DNA from: a virus
Lineage: Duplodnaviria; Caudoviricetes
DNA: 35,758 bases
IMG/VR virus record: IMGVR_UViG_3300037478_000503
Location: 1 to 35,758 of that record
Reading direction: 5' to 3' (one strand)
Positions 23,345-32,219 of the stretch are shown one piece after another (position 1 is the stretch's first letter; each line of letters begins with the position of its first letter). The notes under the pieces were generated by a model, which saw only the letters and a program-made list of their open reading frames with translations, was not told where the DNA came from and made no database searches. The position numbers and the translations under genes were made by a program.

Positions 23345-23629
23345 TCATTCGTCCTCTTCGGACGACACCTCAGCTTCAACCTCGACAGCTTCGGCCGGCT
23401 CATCCTCAACTACAGGTTGAGCGACAGGCTGCGGTTTGGCTGCACGCCGTTTCCGGCCCGGCGTTTTCACCGCCTGCTCGATACCGAGCAGCTCGTCAAC
23501 CGATTCGAACAAGTCCGGATTACGCTTCACAAACGGATGATCAGACCGATAGTCCTTCCCCTCATGGATAAAGGAGCCATCAGGAAACGCGACAGTCGTT
23601 TTCGCTCGCATAGATCTAACTTGAACCAT
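23345..23629 (-). CDS. Head-module hypothetical protein
   Basis: DHPFVKRNPDLFE...EQAVKTPGRKR; AAGGAG SD. Confidence 0.8.
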   Translation of the reverse strand: MVQVRSMRAKTTVAFPDGSFIHEGKDYRSDHPFVKRNPDLFESVDELLGIEQAVKTPGRKRRAAKPQPVAQPVVEDEPAEAVEVEAEVSSEEDE

Positions 23630-23638
23630 CGTTGCTCC

Positions 23639-24028
23639 TTAGGGCAGGAAGTAGGCCTGGATCGAATACGTCTTGGCTGTGGCGTCGCTCTTAGCGGCCT
23701 CGACACGCCACTTGTAGAGGAGGGGGGTCTTCTCCACCGCATTCGCCCGATCGGTCGGTGCGGACGGGTGGAGCAGCAGCATCGTCGTACCCACATTGGT
23801 GATCGCAGAACTTACAAGCGCATCGTCAATACCCGCGCCATCGTCGGTCTCGACTGTGAGAGTGACAGTCCCAGTAGTCGCCGCTGTCACATCAAGGACG
23901 ATGAGGACACCCCGATATTGGGATGGAATCCCGTCGTACCACTGAGACGAGGAAGTGGCGGTATGGGCGGCGGAAGCGAGCAGGGTGACAGGTTGAGGCG
24001 GGTCGAACCCGTAAACAGGACGAGCCAT
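23639..24028 (-). CDS. Putative capsid decoration/accessory protein
   Basis: Beta-rich 129-aa protein after capsid gene; AAAGGAG SD. Confidence 0.6.
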   Translation of the reverse strand: MARPVYGFDPPQPVTLLASAAHTATSSSQWYDGIPSQYRGVLIVLDVTAATTGTVTLTVETDDGAGIDDALVSSAITNVGTTMLLLHPSAPTDRANAVEKTPLLYKWRVEAAKSDATAKTYSIQAYFLP

Positions 24029-24063
24029 AGTAGGCTCCTTTCAATCAGTAGGCGAATATCTGG

Positions 24064-24861
24064 TCAGACGACCAGACGAAGTTGATCTGAACCAGCAAGA
24101 GCAGCGATCACATACTCTCGGTAATGGGCGACCAGCCACTCGGCTAGGTCTTCGGGACGTTGACCAGATGGCTGCGAGCTAATCCACAGTTCAAGGTTCT
24201 CGAGCCGGTTGTCGTCACGGATACCGTTGACGTGATGCACGTTCTCGTGACGGGCCAGTTCTCGACCAAGGTGGGCTTCCATCACAATCCGGTGGACCGC
24301 AAGGTTCTTTTTGAACACCGAGACATACACATACCCGTTGGGCTTACCGGAACCCACCATTCGACCGGCAACCACTTCACCCTTCACGAACTCGCCATAA
24401 TGGTCGCGACAATATTCGTCCGAGTTTGGGGTTGCTATGGCTTCGGCACCACACACCCTGCATTTCTTGTGTGTAGCAAAAGTGCCGTCTACGTCGCCAT
24501 ACAGGCGGACTCTGCGGCGATGAGTCGGGCACAGCTTGGTAGCTGTAACAGATAGGTTCGTACAATCGACAACTCGACACTCAATGGCTGGCGATCGTTC
24601 GGGCTTCAAGCCGCCCACATCGCCCCTGGTGCGGAGCCGGTTGTAGTGCATCGAGCACCAACCACGACCGAAAGTAGGCTTCGGGCACCCATCAGGGTGG
24701 CAACACAACTCTCCAGCCCTTTTTGTGGGTTCTGATCTGAGTCGGCCCACCGGACCGGGGGCGTCATGCTTACGGATGCGTTCGTAGTGCATCACGCACC
24801 AGCCGCGCCGGTAGACCCTTCTATCGCACCCATCAGGATGGATGCATGTAATATCTGACAC
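24064..24861 (-). CDS. HNH homing endonuclease with N-terminal Cys/His repeats
   Basis: Repeated C.HPDGC...RGWC.MHY.R units; VHRIVMEAHLGR...VHHVNGIRDDNRLENLELW. Confidence 0.93.
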   Translation of the reverse strand: MSDITCIHPDGCDRRVYRRGWCVMHYERIRKHDAPGPVGRLRSEPTKRAGELCCHPDGCPKPTFGRGWCSMHYNRLRTRGDVGGLKPERSPAIECRVVDCTNLSVTATKLCPTHRRRVRLYGDVDGTFATHKKCRVCGAEAIATPNSDEYCRDHYGEFVKGEVVAGRMVGSGKPNGYVYVSVFKKNLAVHRIVMEAHLGRELARHENVHHVNGIRDDNRLENLELWISSQPSGQRPEDLAEWLVAHYREYVIAALAGSDQLRLVV

Positions 24862-24919
24862 GTCGATACCTCCAATACAGGTGTCGGCCTGCCCCCGGCC
24901 GTGTAAGCGGTGCGGGGGC
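24862..24919. promoter_or_regulatory. Two-hairpin structured element, copy 2
   Basis: GTCGATACCT-ccaatac-AGGTGTCGGC-ct-GCCCCCG-GCCG-tgtaag-CGGT-G-CGGGGGC. Confidence 0.8.
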
Positions 24920-24922
24920 GTT

Positions 24923-24962
24923 TAAGTAGTGGGGAGAATTGTAACACTCCCCCCACTACTTA
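24923..24962 (-). terminator. Hairpin after capsid gene enclosing an extended -10 (TG-T-TACAAT)
   Basis: TAAGTAGTGGGG (24923-24934) / CCCCACTACTTA (24951-24962). Confidence 0.65.
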
Positions 24963-24972
24963 CCAGGGTCTA

Positions 24973-26424
24973 CTAGGTGGTGATTATGTTCAAAACGCGA
25001 AATGCGTTGTCAACAATTGAATCTGCCCCTACGCGCCAGTGTGCAAACCATCCTCTTTCACCGGTGGGAAAGTTGTTGCTTCCCCCGACCAGGTTTGGGA
25101 TGTACTCGAGGGTCACTCCGACCCTGTCAACAATGACATACTTCGAGAAGTCGCCGTAGAGAAGAACATGGTTATCCTCGGCTGCATCTGTGTCGATGTC
25201 GGCGAAGGCGTCCATGTCCGAAGATTCGAACAGCCTCTTACCCAACAGGACCGGCGGAGTGTCACCGGCAAGGTCTGTCAGGAACCCGTGGTAGTTGTTG
25301 GCAGTAGCGAACTGGCGGATCGTGTTGATCGTGGACAGTTCAGCCATCCAAACGGCGTTCTGACGGAAGCGAGGCGGCAGCGCCTGCATCACCCGATACA
25401 CGTCACTGACCTGCATCGTCCCCTCAGAGCCGGAGTCAGCAACCTCAGAAGCGGTGCCGTCCAACGCGGTAAGAATCCCGGTTGGCTCCGTACCACCAGC
25501 ACCGCGGGTAAACGCAGTACCCTCCAACTGATCCTTTTCGTCGGCAAGCACCATCCCAATATCCGACTCGATCGCCTGGTAGTCCTGGCTGATCTCAATC
25601 GAACCACGCACGAACGCTGCACCCTTGTAGACGGGAATGTTCGGCTGTGCGAACGTGAGCGTCGACTCGGACACTTCCGTACTCTCACCTAGCCACGCCG
25701 AGGCGGCACCCGCCGTCGACAGGCCATTCCAGGCGTCAGTAGTGATCGACACCTGGCGGGCAACCTGACGGATCGGATTGTTAGTCCCACCACTGGTCAG
25801 GATGAGGGTCGGATCGAGGGTGAACGGGACGGCGAAGCCGCCCTGAGAGCCGGTCAGGCCCATGGCAGTCCGATACTCCTCAAGGGAGGCGACAGCGGTC
25901 CGCTCATCATGCGTCCACAGGTCCTGACGTCCGGCCATCGCCTTCTGGAAGGCTTTCCGGTAGTCACTGTTACCAGTGCGGATGACCAGGTTGGGGATGA
26001 TCCCACGGGGGTCGTCCACGGTCGCCATTTTTGCGACTACCGCTTCGCGCTGGTCGTCGCTGATGTGCGATTCGACCTGCTCGACGGCAGTCTTAGCACG
26101 GCCACGAAGCTCCGAGGTTGGAGTATTCCAGCGAAGATCGTTCAAGTCGAACGGATCCTTCTTCACGTTCACGTGAAGGTTCACACCGTCAACCAGATTC
26201 TTCTTCTGTTCGGCCAGCTTCTCGATACGGTCGAGCCGCTTCAGCTTCTCGACAACCTCAGCCTTCTCCTCCGCAATAGCGGTGAGACGACCCTCATTTT
26301 CAGCGAACTTCTCCTCGTCCTGCTCGGCAGGGTCGAGGTCGGCAATAGTCCGCTGCTCTTCAATCAGTTCGTCGGCTTCAACCGCGAATGCGGACAGCCG
26401 CTCTTCAAGGGCCTTACGGTCCAC
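24973..26424 (-). CDS. Major capsid protein, HK97 fold
   Basis: Coiled-coil delta domain; QGGFAVP, NPIRQVA, AWLGE, LLYGDFSKYVIVDRVG, RVGADSI; AAGGAG SD. Confidence 0.96.
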   Translation of the reverse strand: MDRKALEERLSAFAVEADELIEEQRTIADLDPAEQDEEKFAENEGRLTAIAEEKAEVVEKLKRLDRIEKLAEQKKNLVDGVNLHVNVKKDPFDLNDLRWNTPTSELRGRAKTAVEQVESHISDDQREAVVAKMATVDDPRGIIPNLVIRTGNSDYRKAFQKAMAGRQDLWTHDERTAVASLEEYRTAMGLTGSQGGFAVPFTLDPTLILTSGGTNNPIRQVARQVSITTDAWNGLSTAGAASAWLGESTEVSESTLTFAQPNIPVYKGAAFVRGSIEISQDYQAIESDIGMVLADEKDQLEGTAFTRGAGGTEPTGILTALDGTASEVADSGSEGTMQVSDVYRVMQALPPRFRQNAVWMAELSTINTIRQFATANNYHGFLTDLAGDTPPVLLGKRLFESSDMDAFADIDTDAAEDNHVLLYGDFSKYVIVDRVGVTLEYIPNLVGGSNNFPTGERGWFAHWRVGADSIVDNAFRVLNIITT

Positions 26425-26485
26425 GAGTAACTCCTTCTATGGGCGCGAACGAACAGGGGGTCGTCGCGCGGTGGTAAGCCAGGAC

Positions 26486-27337
26486 CTAGCTGGCCGGATG
26501 AATCAGCCCGTACAGTTCGAGACTGCGGGCCAGGTCGACATGCGGCTGTGCTGACTCAGCAGCAGCGGCGGCACGTTCTAGATCGCACACCCTGTCTCGG
26601 AGGTCGGGGTCCTGACGGAACAGGGCCCGGATGTCCTTCTCGGGGTCTGCGAGAAATCTGAATGCGTAGGCGGCACGGGAAGCGTGGCGGGTGATCCCAG
26701 CAGCGGTAAGGGACCCGTCCATCGCCGCAAGCGCTGCACGTTTGTAACCGAGTTGTCGCATGGAGGCGGCGGAAGCTTCGGAAGTGGTCTGCGGGAACGC
26801 TGGGAACACGACCGGTCCGACTTCAAACAGGTCATAGCGGAGGATTGTCCTCAACGGCACTTCCAGGTCGTTGTCCTCGGAGGGTTCCTCCCACATATCC
26901 TTCTCAACCCGGAACCAGATCGACGAGCCGGTCACGTCACGACGGGCGACGCGGGCATGTATCGCCATAGCGTTCGGGTCGTCAGTGTTAACCACAGCGC
27001 TATACAGCAGCCCCTCCTCGTTCGGATCGTCCAAACTCAAGGTTCCGGCGGTTGTCCGGGCGATCAGGTTGTTGATGTCGTGGTTGAACGTCGAAACAAT
27101 ATCGACGTCGGCCCGAGTGATCGAAGAATGTGCTGCGCCCGGAGCGACCATCTCATCCCACTCCTCGAACCATCCTTCGATACGAGCGATCTGCCCGTAA
27201 GGCGAACCCAACCCGGAAATGGTCAGAACACCCTCATCGGCTTCAACAGTGTCGGCACGCACCTCGTCGGTGTAGCCGCGGGCTTCCAGCCCGCCAGGGC
27301 CGAACTCTTGTGAGAAACGTTCACGCAAGTCAGTCAT
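26486..27337 (-). CDS. HK97-family prohead protease
   Basis: TFNHD...IART..GTLSL...GLLY...SSIWFRV...LFEVGPVVFPAF; between portal and capsid. Confidence 0.92.
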   Translation of the reverse strand: MTDLRERFSQEFGPGGLEARGYTDEVRADTVEADEGVLTISGLGSPYGQIARIEGWFEEWDEMVAPGAAHSSITRADVDIVSTFNHDINNLIARTTAGTLSLDDPNEEGLLYSAVVNTDDPNAMAIHARVARRDVTGSSIWFRVEKDMWEEPSEDNDLEVPLRTILRYDLFEVGPVVFPAFPQTTSEASAASMRQLGYKRAALAAMDGSLTAAGITRHASRAAYAFRFLADPEKDIRALFRQDPDLRDRVCDLERAAAAAESAQPHVDLARSLELYGLIHPAS

Positions 27338-27347
27338 CGGAGAATCC

Positions 27348-28718
27348 TTAGGTAGCGTTATCGGGCATATCCTCAGGCATGTCCTCGGGCATACCCTCGG
27401 GCTCCGCTTCCGGCGCCATCGTGCCGGGCGGTTGCAGTTGCACGCTGAACAACCCGGAGTGGGTGAGCAGCGAAAAGTCATCATTCTCGATCGCCGCCAC
27501 AACCGAATCCGCCTCATACCCTGCGTCCAACAGCGCCCGAATCGACGTGGCCCGAAGCTGCTGGATCTCCGCCGCGTCCTTCTCATCCTCCCGAAGGAAC
27601 GCAATATCCCGTTCGTCATACCACAGTTCAGAATTGCGAGGAACCGTAACGATCTGCTCGTAACTGCCACAGAATGAACGCCACAAGGGGCGGAAAAGGG
27701 CATCCGCCACCCTCCTACGGGCTGCCGCATAGTTCCCAGCGTTCAACGAGGAGCCCTGCATCCCCTCCGAAAATTGGGCCATCACCGCGCCCACCCCGGA
27801 AGCGGCAGCAATCCTCGTTTCGCCGGCACCCTGCACCACTTTGAAATCCAACTGCTGCATATCCTTGCCGACAACGGTCGCATCCGCACCCGCCCCCAGA
27901 TACAAGGTCCGGTAGGCGTTGTCGATCCCCTCATGCTGCTGGCGGAGCAGTTCCACCCACTTCATGAATTGGTCCACATCCGAAATGTCGTTCTTCACAA
28001 TCATGTTCGGCGTGCCGCCGTTCTCAAAAAACTTGTTCTTATGGGCTGACGCCAGCTTGTCGCCCTGAATCTCCCGGACAACCGGGGTCAGCCACGACAT
28101 GCCCCGAAAGTTCGCGATCGGATCAGGAACCGGAGCCCAATGGGCCACATCCTCGGGCATGTAGAAGATCGGGTCGGCATACCTGTTACCCGACGGGTGA
28201 TACAGGTAGGCGACCACTTCCGCTTCAGGATCGTCAACCGCGTCCATATCCTCCCGGTTGGAGCCGAGCATGATCGACACCCAGTCAGGACGTAACCTCA
28301 CCACCCGGCCACCAGAACGGACTGCGAAATGGTTACCCGCCAGGTCCGCATCCAGGATCGCCCGGGTCAACATGTCGCCCGTCGTCAACCCGGGACCGGG
28401 CCGGTGAAGCACGTTCAACGCCGACGTATGATGCAGCTCTCCGGGTCGACCTTTGATCAGCTTCCGATACATGAGCCGCGCTTCGGAGAAGACCATCATC
28501 CGGACCAGTTCGCAGGCGAATACGATTCCGTTCGACTTGTACGCCCCCGACACGTACCCGTCGAAGGTGCCCGGGATATCCTCCCGATCCCCGTAGAGGG
28601 TCTGGTTCAGCCCGTACGGGTAGGTGACACCGTTGAAGCCGAAATATCCGGCAATATCGCCCAGTCCAAGATCCGACCGGGTTTCCCCTTTGACGAATGC
28701 GGCGAGCAGGTCAACCAC
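27348..28718 (-). CDS. Portal protein (HK97 family)
   Basis: LAGNHF, RLRPDWV, FRGMSWL, FFENGGTP, RIAAASGV. Confidence 0.95.
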   Translation of the reverse strand: MVDLLAAFVKGETRSDLGLGDIAGYFGFNGVTYPYGLNQTLYGDREDIPGTFDGYVSGAYKSNGIVFACELVRMMVFSEARLMYRKLIKGRPGELHHTSALNVLHRPGPGLTTGDMLTRAILDADLAGNHFAVRSGGRVVRLRPDWVSIMLGSNREDMDAVDDPEAEVVAYLYHPSGNRYADPIFYMPEDVAHWAPVPDPIANFRGMSWLTPVVREIQGDKLASAHKNKFFENGGTPNMIVKNDISDVDQFMKWVELLRQQHEGIDNAYRTLYLGAGADATVVGKDMQQLDFKVVQGAGETRIAAASGVGAVMAQFSEGMQGSSLNAGNYAAARRRVADALFRPLWRSFCGSYEQIVTVPRNSELWYDERDIAFLREDEKDAAEIQQLRATSIRALLDAGYEADSVVAAIENDDFSLLTHSGLFSVQLQPPGTMAPEAEPEGMPEDMPEDMPDNAT

Positions 28719-28878
28719 TAGAACTCCTTAACGACGAGAGCCCGCCGGCAATCAGGAACACAGAACCGACCACCAGACCGGCACGCCAGTCAAAGTAGAA
28801 GACACCCGCCGCAACCCCGAGTACGGCACCCACCAGGACCGCAGCAGTAGCAGCCAGCCGAGCCTGAACCGGAGTCAT
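28711..28878 (-). CDS. Small two-TM protein between terL and portal
   Basis: MTPVQARLAATAAVLVGAVLGVAAGVFYFDWRAGLVVGSVFLIAGG; ATGA overlap. Confidence 0.8.
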   Translation of the reverse strand: MTPVQARLAATAAVLVGAVLGVAAGVFYFDWRAGLVVGSVFLIAGGLSSLRSSSG

Positions 28879-30251
28879 ACGACAGCGAAAGGCGGGAACG
28901 AGTCACCCTCGGTGACCGCCGACGCGAAGGCGATGCTCGCAGCCATCAACAGTTCACCCCCAGGAGCCTCACGATGCCAAGAAAACGAATCCGTCGTCGA
29001 CTTCTTCACAGCAGCAGCAACAGCAGCGTCCAAGCGTTCATCGGTACGAACCTGCACCTTCTGGTCAGCAATCGCATCGAAAAACCGCCCGCACGCCTTA
29101 CGAATCCCAAGAGAATCAAGCCGCCTCACCTGATAGCCCAACTTCTCCAGATCATCCGCAATATGCGCCACCGGACCGTGGCCGTCGACCACCAGAGACG
29201 TCGACTTGCCCACCTTCTCCGGAATCTCAGAAAGCAGCCAGTCCACCTTCTCCCGGACCGCCACCAGCTCCACCCGACCCGAATTATCAGCCTTCACCAC
29301 ACAGGCCTGCGAATGATCAGGCTTCGCCTCAATCACAAACAGAGGCGACTCACACTGCACATCCACGGCAGACACGGCCTTCCACCAGGCCGCCGGAATC
29401 ACCCGCTCCTCCGTCTCCGTCCACTGGTTCCCGTAGGCCCGGCGGAACTCCCCTTCAGGCATGGAGGTTTCCCCCTGAATCACCGGCTCTGACACCGTGT
29501 ACCCGAACGCCGGCATATGCCGTGCCCACACTCGAGGGTCATAAATGTCCTCATCCTCCGGAATGGCCCACTCGAAGTAGGCGATCCCAGTGTCCTTCCC
29601 CGCCTTAACCGCCGCACGACCAATGTCAACCTTCTGCCGCAGATACGTAGACGCCGGCGTACCAGCCGTCGAGGTCACCCAAATCTGACCGGCCGGTCTC
29701 GTCGTCATCGTCGGACGCAAAGCCTGCTCCCGGCGAAAATCGGTGTCCTCAAAAGCTTCGTCTATGACAGCCATATCCAAGGTCTTCGAATGACCACCAT
29801 CCGGGTGGAGCACGGAGATCCGAGAGTTGTTCTTGAACACGACCTGTGTGTTCGCATCGCTCAGATAGAAGCGCCGCACCATGCCGGACAGCGACGAAGA
29901 TTCAATCATCGGCTTCTGATCTTCTTTGAACTTCTGCCGGCCAATCTGTCCGGTCTGCGCCGTGTAGGCGACCGCCTGCGGTTTCCCCCACATGAGACAC
30001 CGCTCAAGCTCCGCAGCCAAGACCAGAGAGGTCTTCCCGTTCTGCCGCATGACGGTGACAATCACCTCGCGGTACGCCGGGAATCCTGTCTCGGGGTCGA
30101 TCTCGCATCCCACATCGGCAACAAGCTGCTGCCACGGCATCAGTGGCGTACCCAGCTTGTCAGCTATCGCCCCAACCCGACTACCGAACGTTTTACGAGA
30201 GGGAGTGCGCGGGGTCTCCCACACCGGGGAAGCCAGAGAAGAAGTCGTCAT
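28875..30251 (-). CDS. terL: Terminase large subunit
   Basis: LMPWQ Q-motif, Walker A MRQNGKT, Walker B VIDEA, TSTAG coupling motif. Confidence 0.95.
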   Translation of the reverse strand: MTTSSLASPVWETPRTPSRKTFGSRVGAIADKLGTPLMPWQQLVADVGCEIDPETGFPAYREVIVTVMRQNGKTSLVLAAELERCLMWGKPQAVAYTAQTGQIGRQKFKEDQKPMIESSSLSGMVRRFYLSDANTQVVFKNNSRISVLHPDGGHSKTLDMAVIDEAFEDTDFRREQALRPTMTTRPAGQIWVTSTAGTPASTYLRQKVDIGRAAVKAGKDTGIAYFEWAIPEDEDIYDPRVWARHMPAFGYTVSEPVIQGETSMPEGEFRRAYGNQWTETEERVIPAAWWKAVSAVDVQCESPLFVIEAKPDHSQACVVKADNSGRVELVAVREKVDWLLSEIPEKVGKSTSLVVDGHGPVAHIADDLEKLGYQVRRLDSLGIRKACGRFFDAIADQKVQVRTDERLDAAVAAAVKKSTTDSFSWHREAPGGELLMAASIAFASAVTEGDSFPPFAVV

Positions 30252-30438
30252 CAGCACCACCCGCCACGACCTCCTGCAACAACTCCAACATCCGCCGATA
30301 CTCCGACCAGAGACCAGGCGAATCCGGCTTGGCGTCGAGTTCAGCCGCCAGCGTCTTCAATGCGGCCTCGAGCGCAGCATGTTCCGGACCGAGCACCGGA
30401 AGAGCCTGCAGCGTTTTTTCGATGGCAGCTAGGTTCAT
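30193..30438 (-). CDS. Terminase small subunit (putative)
   Basis: Short helical protein LAAELD...EYRRMLELL just upstream of terL. Confidence 0.7.
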   Translation of the reverse strand: MNLAAIEKTLQALPVLGPEHAALEAALKTLAAELDAKPDSPGLWSEYRRMLELLQEVVAGGADDDFFSGFPGVGDPAHSLS

Positions 30439-30439
30439 T

Positions 30440-30560
30440 CCAAGCCTTTCGGCGAAACACAAAAGGACTAAGGGCGCCACTCGGGGCGTGCTGTCGTGGC
30501 CCGTGTCGACGCCCCGCCCCTACCCGTGCATGAACACGGGCTCGGGGTCAGGTGGTGGTG
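30440..30560. other. Putative cos/packaging region
   Basis: Non-coding gap between HNH and terS with GGGTAGGGGCGGGG tract (- strand) and hairpin CCCGTG/CACGGG; local strand composition flips across it. Confidence 0.5.
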
Positions 30561-30561
30561 A

Positions 30562-30840
30562 CTACCACCGTTCGGGGTGGGTCAGGGTACGTGGGGTGGA
30601 CCGTGGGGTGGTACGCCTACGTGCCTGGTTGCATGGTGAGCAGGCTGCTCGACAGTTGGTATCGGTGAACCACATGCCTCCGAGACGTGGGGGGATGATG
30701 TGGTCTAAATCTGTGGCACACCCGGGGCAGGTGGGGGAGTGGGTGCATACGCCTGGTAGTCGGATACGACAGTGGCCGCCGTCACGTTCGAAGATACGCT
30801 GTTTGAACCCGGGCGGGTAGCGATGCCAGGGTTTGCTCAA
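30562..30840 (-). CDS. Terminase-associated HNH endonuclease (HK97 gp74-like)
   Basis: RDGGHC...ATDLDHIIP..GG...NCRAACSPCN; AGGAGG SD; next to terS. Confidence 0.9.
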   Translation of the reverse strand: MSKPWHRYPPGFKQRIFERDGGHCRIRLPGVCTHSPTCPGCATDLDHIIPPRLGGMWFTDTNCRAACSPCNQARRRTTPRSTPRTLTHPERW

Positions 30841-30859
30841 AACATCCTCCTACCCTTAC

Positions 30860-30921
30860 AAAAGGTAAAACGCCTCCCATGCTGTGTCGGATCCGTTTCC
30901 GTAATCCGGCCCTGGGAGGCG
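30860..30921 (-). terminator. Intrinsic terminator in the late leader
   Basis: CGCCTCCCA...TGGGAGGCG followed by TTTTACCTTTT. Confidence 0.75.
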
Positions 30922-30985
30922 ATGGAAGCTGGGTGTTCGGGCATGAGCCTCAACGGGGGATGCTCACCGTTTACGGCTGGGAATC

Positions 30986-31016
30986 ATTATAGGCAGGTTT
31001 CGCGGACTCATGTCAA
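30986..31016 (-). promoter_or_regulatory. Late promoter candidate
   Basis: TTGACA(31016-31011)-N19-TATAAT(30991-30986). Confidence 0.75.
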
Positions 31017-31403
31017 ATCATCGTCGCATCCGGTCGTGGTAGTGAGAGCATCCCGTTCACCTTCGTCCATTGGGATGCGAACCGACGACTGGTGATAGTC
31101 GGTCGCCTTCGCTGCTGCTTCTAGCCGTTCCGGGTTGAGGGTGTAACCCCTACCACCACAACCAGGACAAGGAACCACAACATCATCGAAGGTGGACGCC
31201 GTGTATTCGACATCATCGTGTAGCCCGTCGCCACCGCAGTCGTCACATTCGGTGTGCAGGTCAAGCCAAGCCCGAGAAGCATCAGCCAGGACACGCAGCG
31301 CTTCTAGGTCCTCAAGATCAAGCATCCCGCTTCCATCAGCCAAAACGCCTAACGCTTCTCGGATTTGGGTTGGGGTAGGGGTCATACCATCTTCTTTGCT
31401 CAC
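31008..31403 (-). CDS. DnaJ-type CxxCxGxG zinc-finger protein
   Basis: CDDCGGDG...CPGCGGRG; paralog of 33008-33289; start 31403 (GTG) or 31385. Confidence 0.75.
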   Translation of the reverse strand: MSKEDGMTPTPTQIREALGVLADGSGMLDLEDLEALRVLADASRAWLDLHTECDDCGGDGLHDDVEYTASTFDDVVVPCPGCGGRGYTLNPERLEAAAKATDYHQSSVRIPMDEGERDALTTTTGCDDDLT

Positions 31404-31786
31404 TGGTCCCCCTTGAGTCGACCAACCTCGGCGCGCCAATCCACCCTCAAACCCGACCCGCGATGCTCTCGAGCTTTCGCACGGAGCTCATCCCACCGGC
31501 CCGGATAGTGGTCGTCGATGAAGTCATGCCAGGCTGCCGGCCGGTGAGTGAAGAAGACATGGTGTGCCTGGCAGAGAGTCAGAGCGTTCGACTCGTCGAC
31601 CCGGAGGCTCAGTTCACCTCTACCGACGATATGGGCGCATTGCAGATACCCCGAACAGGTGATGTCATGAGTGCCGACTGCCTGGCAGTGGCCGTCCCGA
31701 GCGCGGATCAGTTTGGAAAAGAGGCGGTCGGCTCGCTTCATGTAATCCTGTTTCGGACGCTTCTTCGGACGCGTACTAGGAGGCAC
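31400..31786 (-). CDS. NinG/Rap-like endonuclease
   Basis: ADRLFSKLIRARDGHC...QCAHIVGR...LRVDESNALTLCQAHH; GGAGG SD plus GTG. Confidence 0.75.
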   Translation of the reverse strand: MPPSTRPKKRPKQDYMKRADRLFSKLIRARDGHCQAVGTHDITCSGYLQCAHIVGRGELSLRVDESNALTLCQAHHVFFTHRPAAWHDFIDDHYPGRWDELRAKAREHRGSGLRVDWRAEVGRLKGDQ

Positions 31787-32114
31787 GAAGCACCTCCGCG
31801 ACCGACTTGGCACCTTTCGATGCGTTGCATGACCGACACGAGGGCCGAAGGTTCGACAGACAATGCGGACCACCACGAGCCAGGGAGATGACATGGTCAA
31901 CTTCTTGAAAGGGGCCACTACACATCCAGCACTGGTTGCCCCAGAAGGCCATGCGGGCGTCAAGCTCGGCAGAAGTGAATGTCGCTATCAGACCCGCCCG
32001 TTGCCGTGCTCGACGACAGTGTCTGTGATACCCGGCATCAGTTCCACGAGCAGGGAAGCCGGCGTTGATCCCGGTCTTGGCGGGACGTTCACAAACCAGC
32101 TTAGACTCTGTCAC
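31776..32114 (-). CDS. HNH endonuclease
   Basis: CWMC...DHVISLARGG.HCLSNLRPSCRSCNASKG. Confidence 0.92.
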   Translation of the reverse strand: MTESKLVCERPAKTGINAGFPARGTDAGYHRHCRRARQRAGLIATFTSAELDARMAFWGNQCWMCSGPFQEVDHVISLARGGPHCLSNLRPSCRSCNASKGAKSVAEVLRAS

Positions 32115-32168
32115 GTCGACTCCTGTGTAGTCGGCCAGGCCCTCGGCTGTTTGCGCAGCGCGGGGGCC
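32115..32168. promoter_or_regulatory. Two-hairpin structured element, copy 3
   Basis: GTCGACT-cctgtgt-AGTCGGC-ca-GGCCCTCG-GCTG-tttgcg-CAGC-G-CGGGGGCC; extended -10 TG-C-TACGAT at 32191-32183. Confidence 0.8.
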
Positions 32169-32219
32169 ATCTCTTGTCGATAATCGTAGCAGAATCCTGC
32201 TTCTTCGGAGGACGACGGC

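Noticed and set aside
29517-30533. Long + strand ORFs (also 14727-15509, 21247-22089, 23246-24085, 25039-25692)
   Set aside because: Antisense shadows of well-supported - strand genes in high-GC DNA; Arg/Pro/His-rich with no motifs
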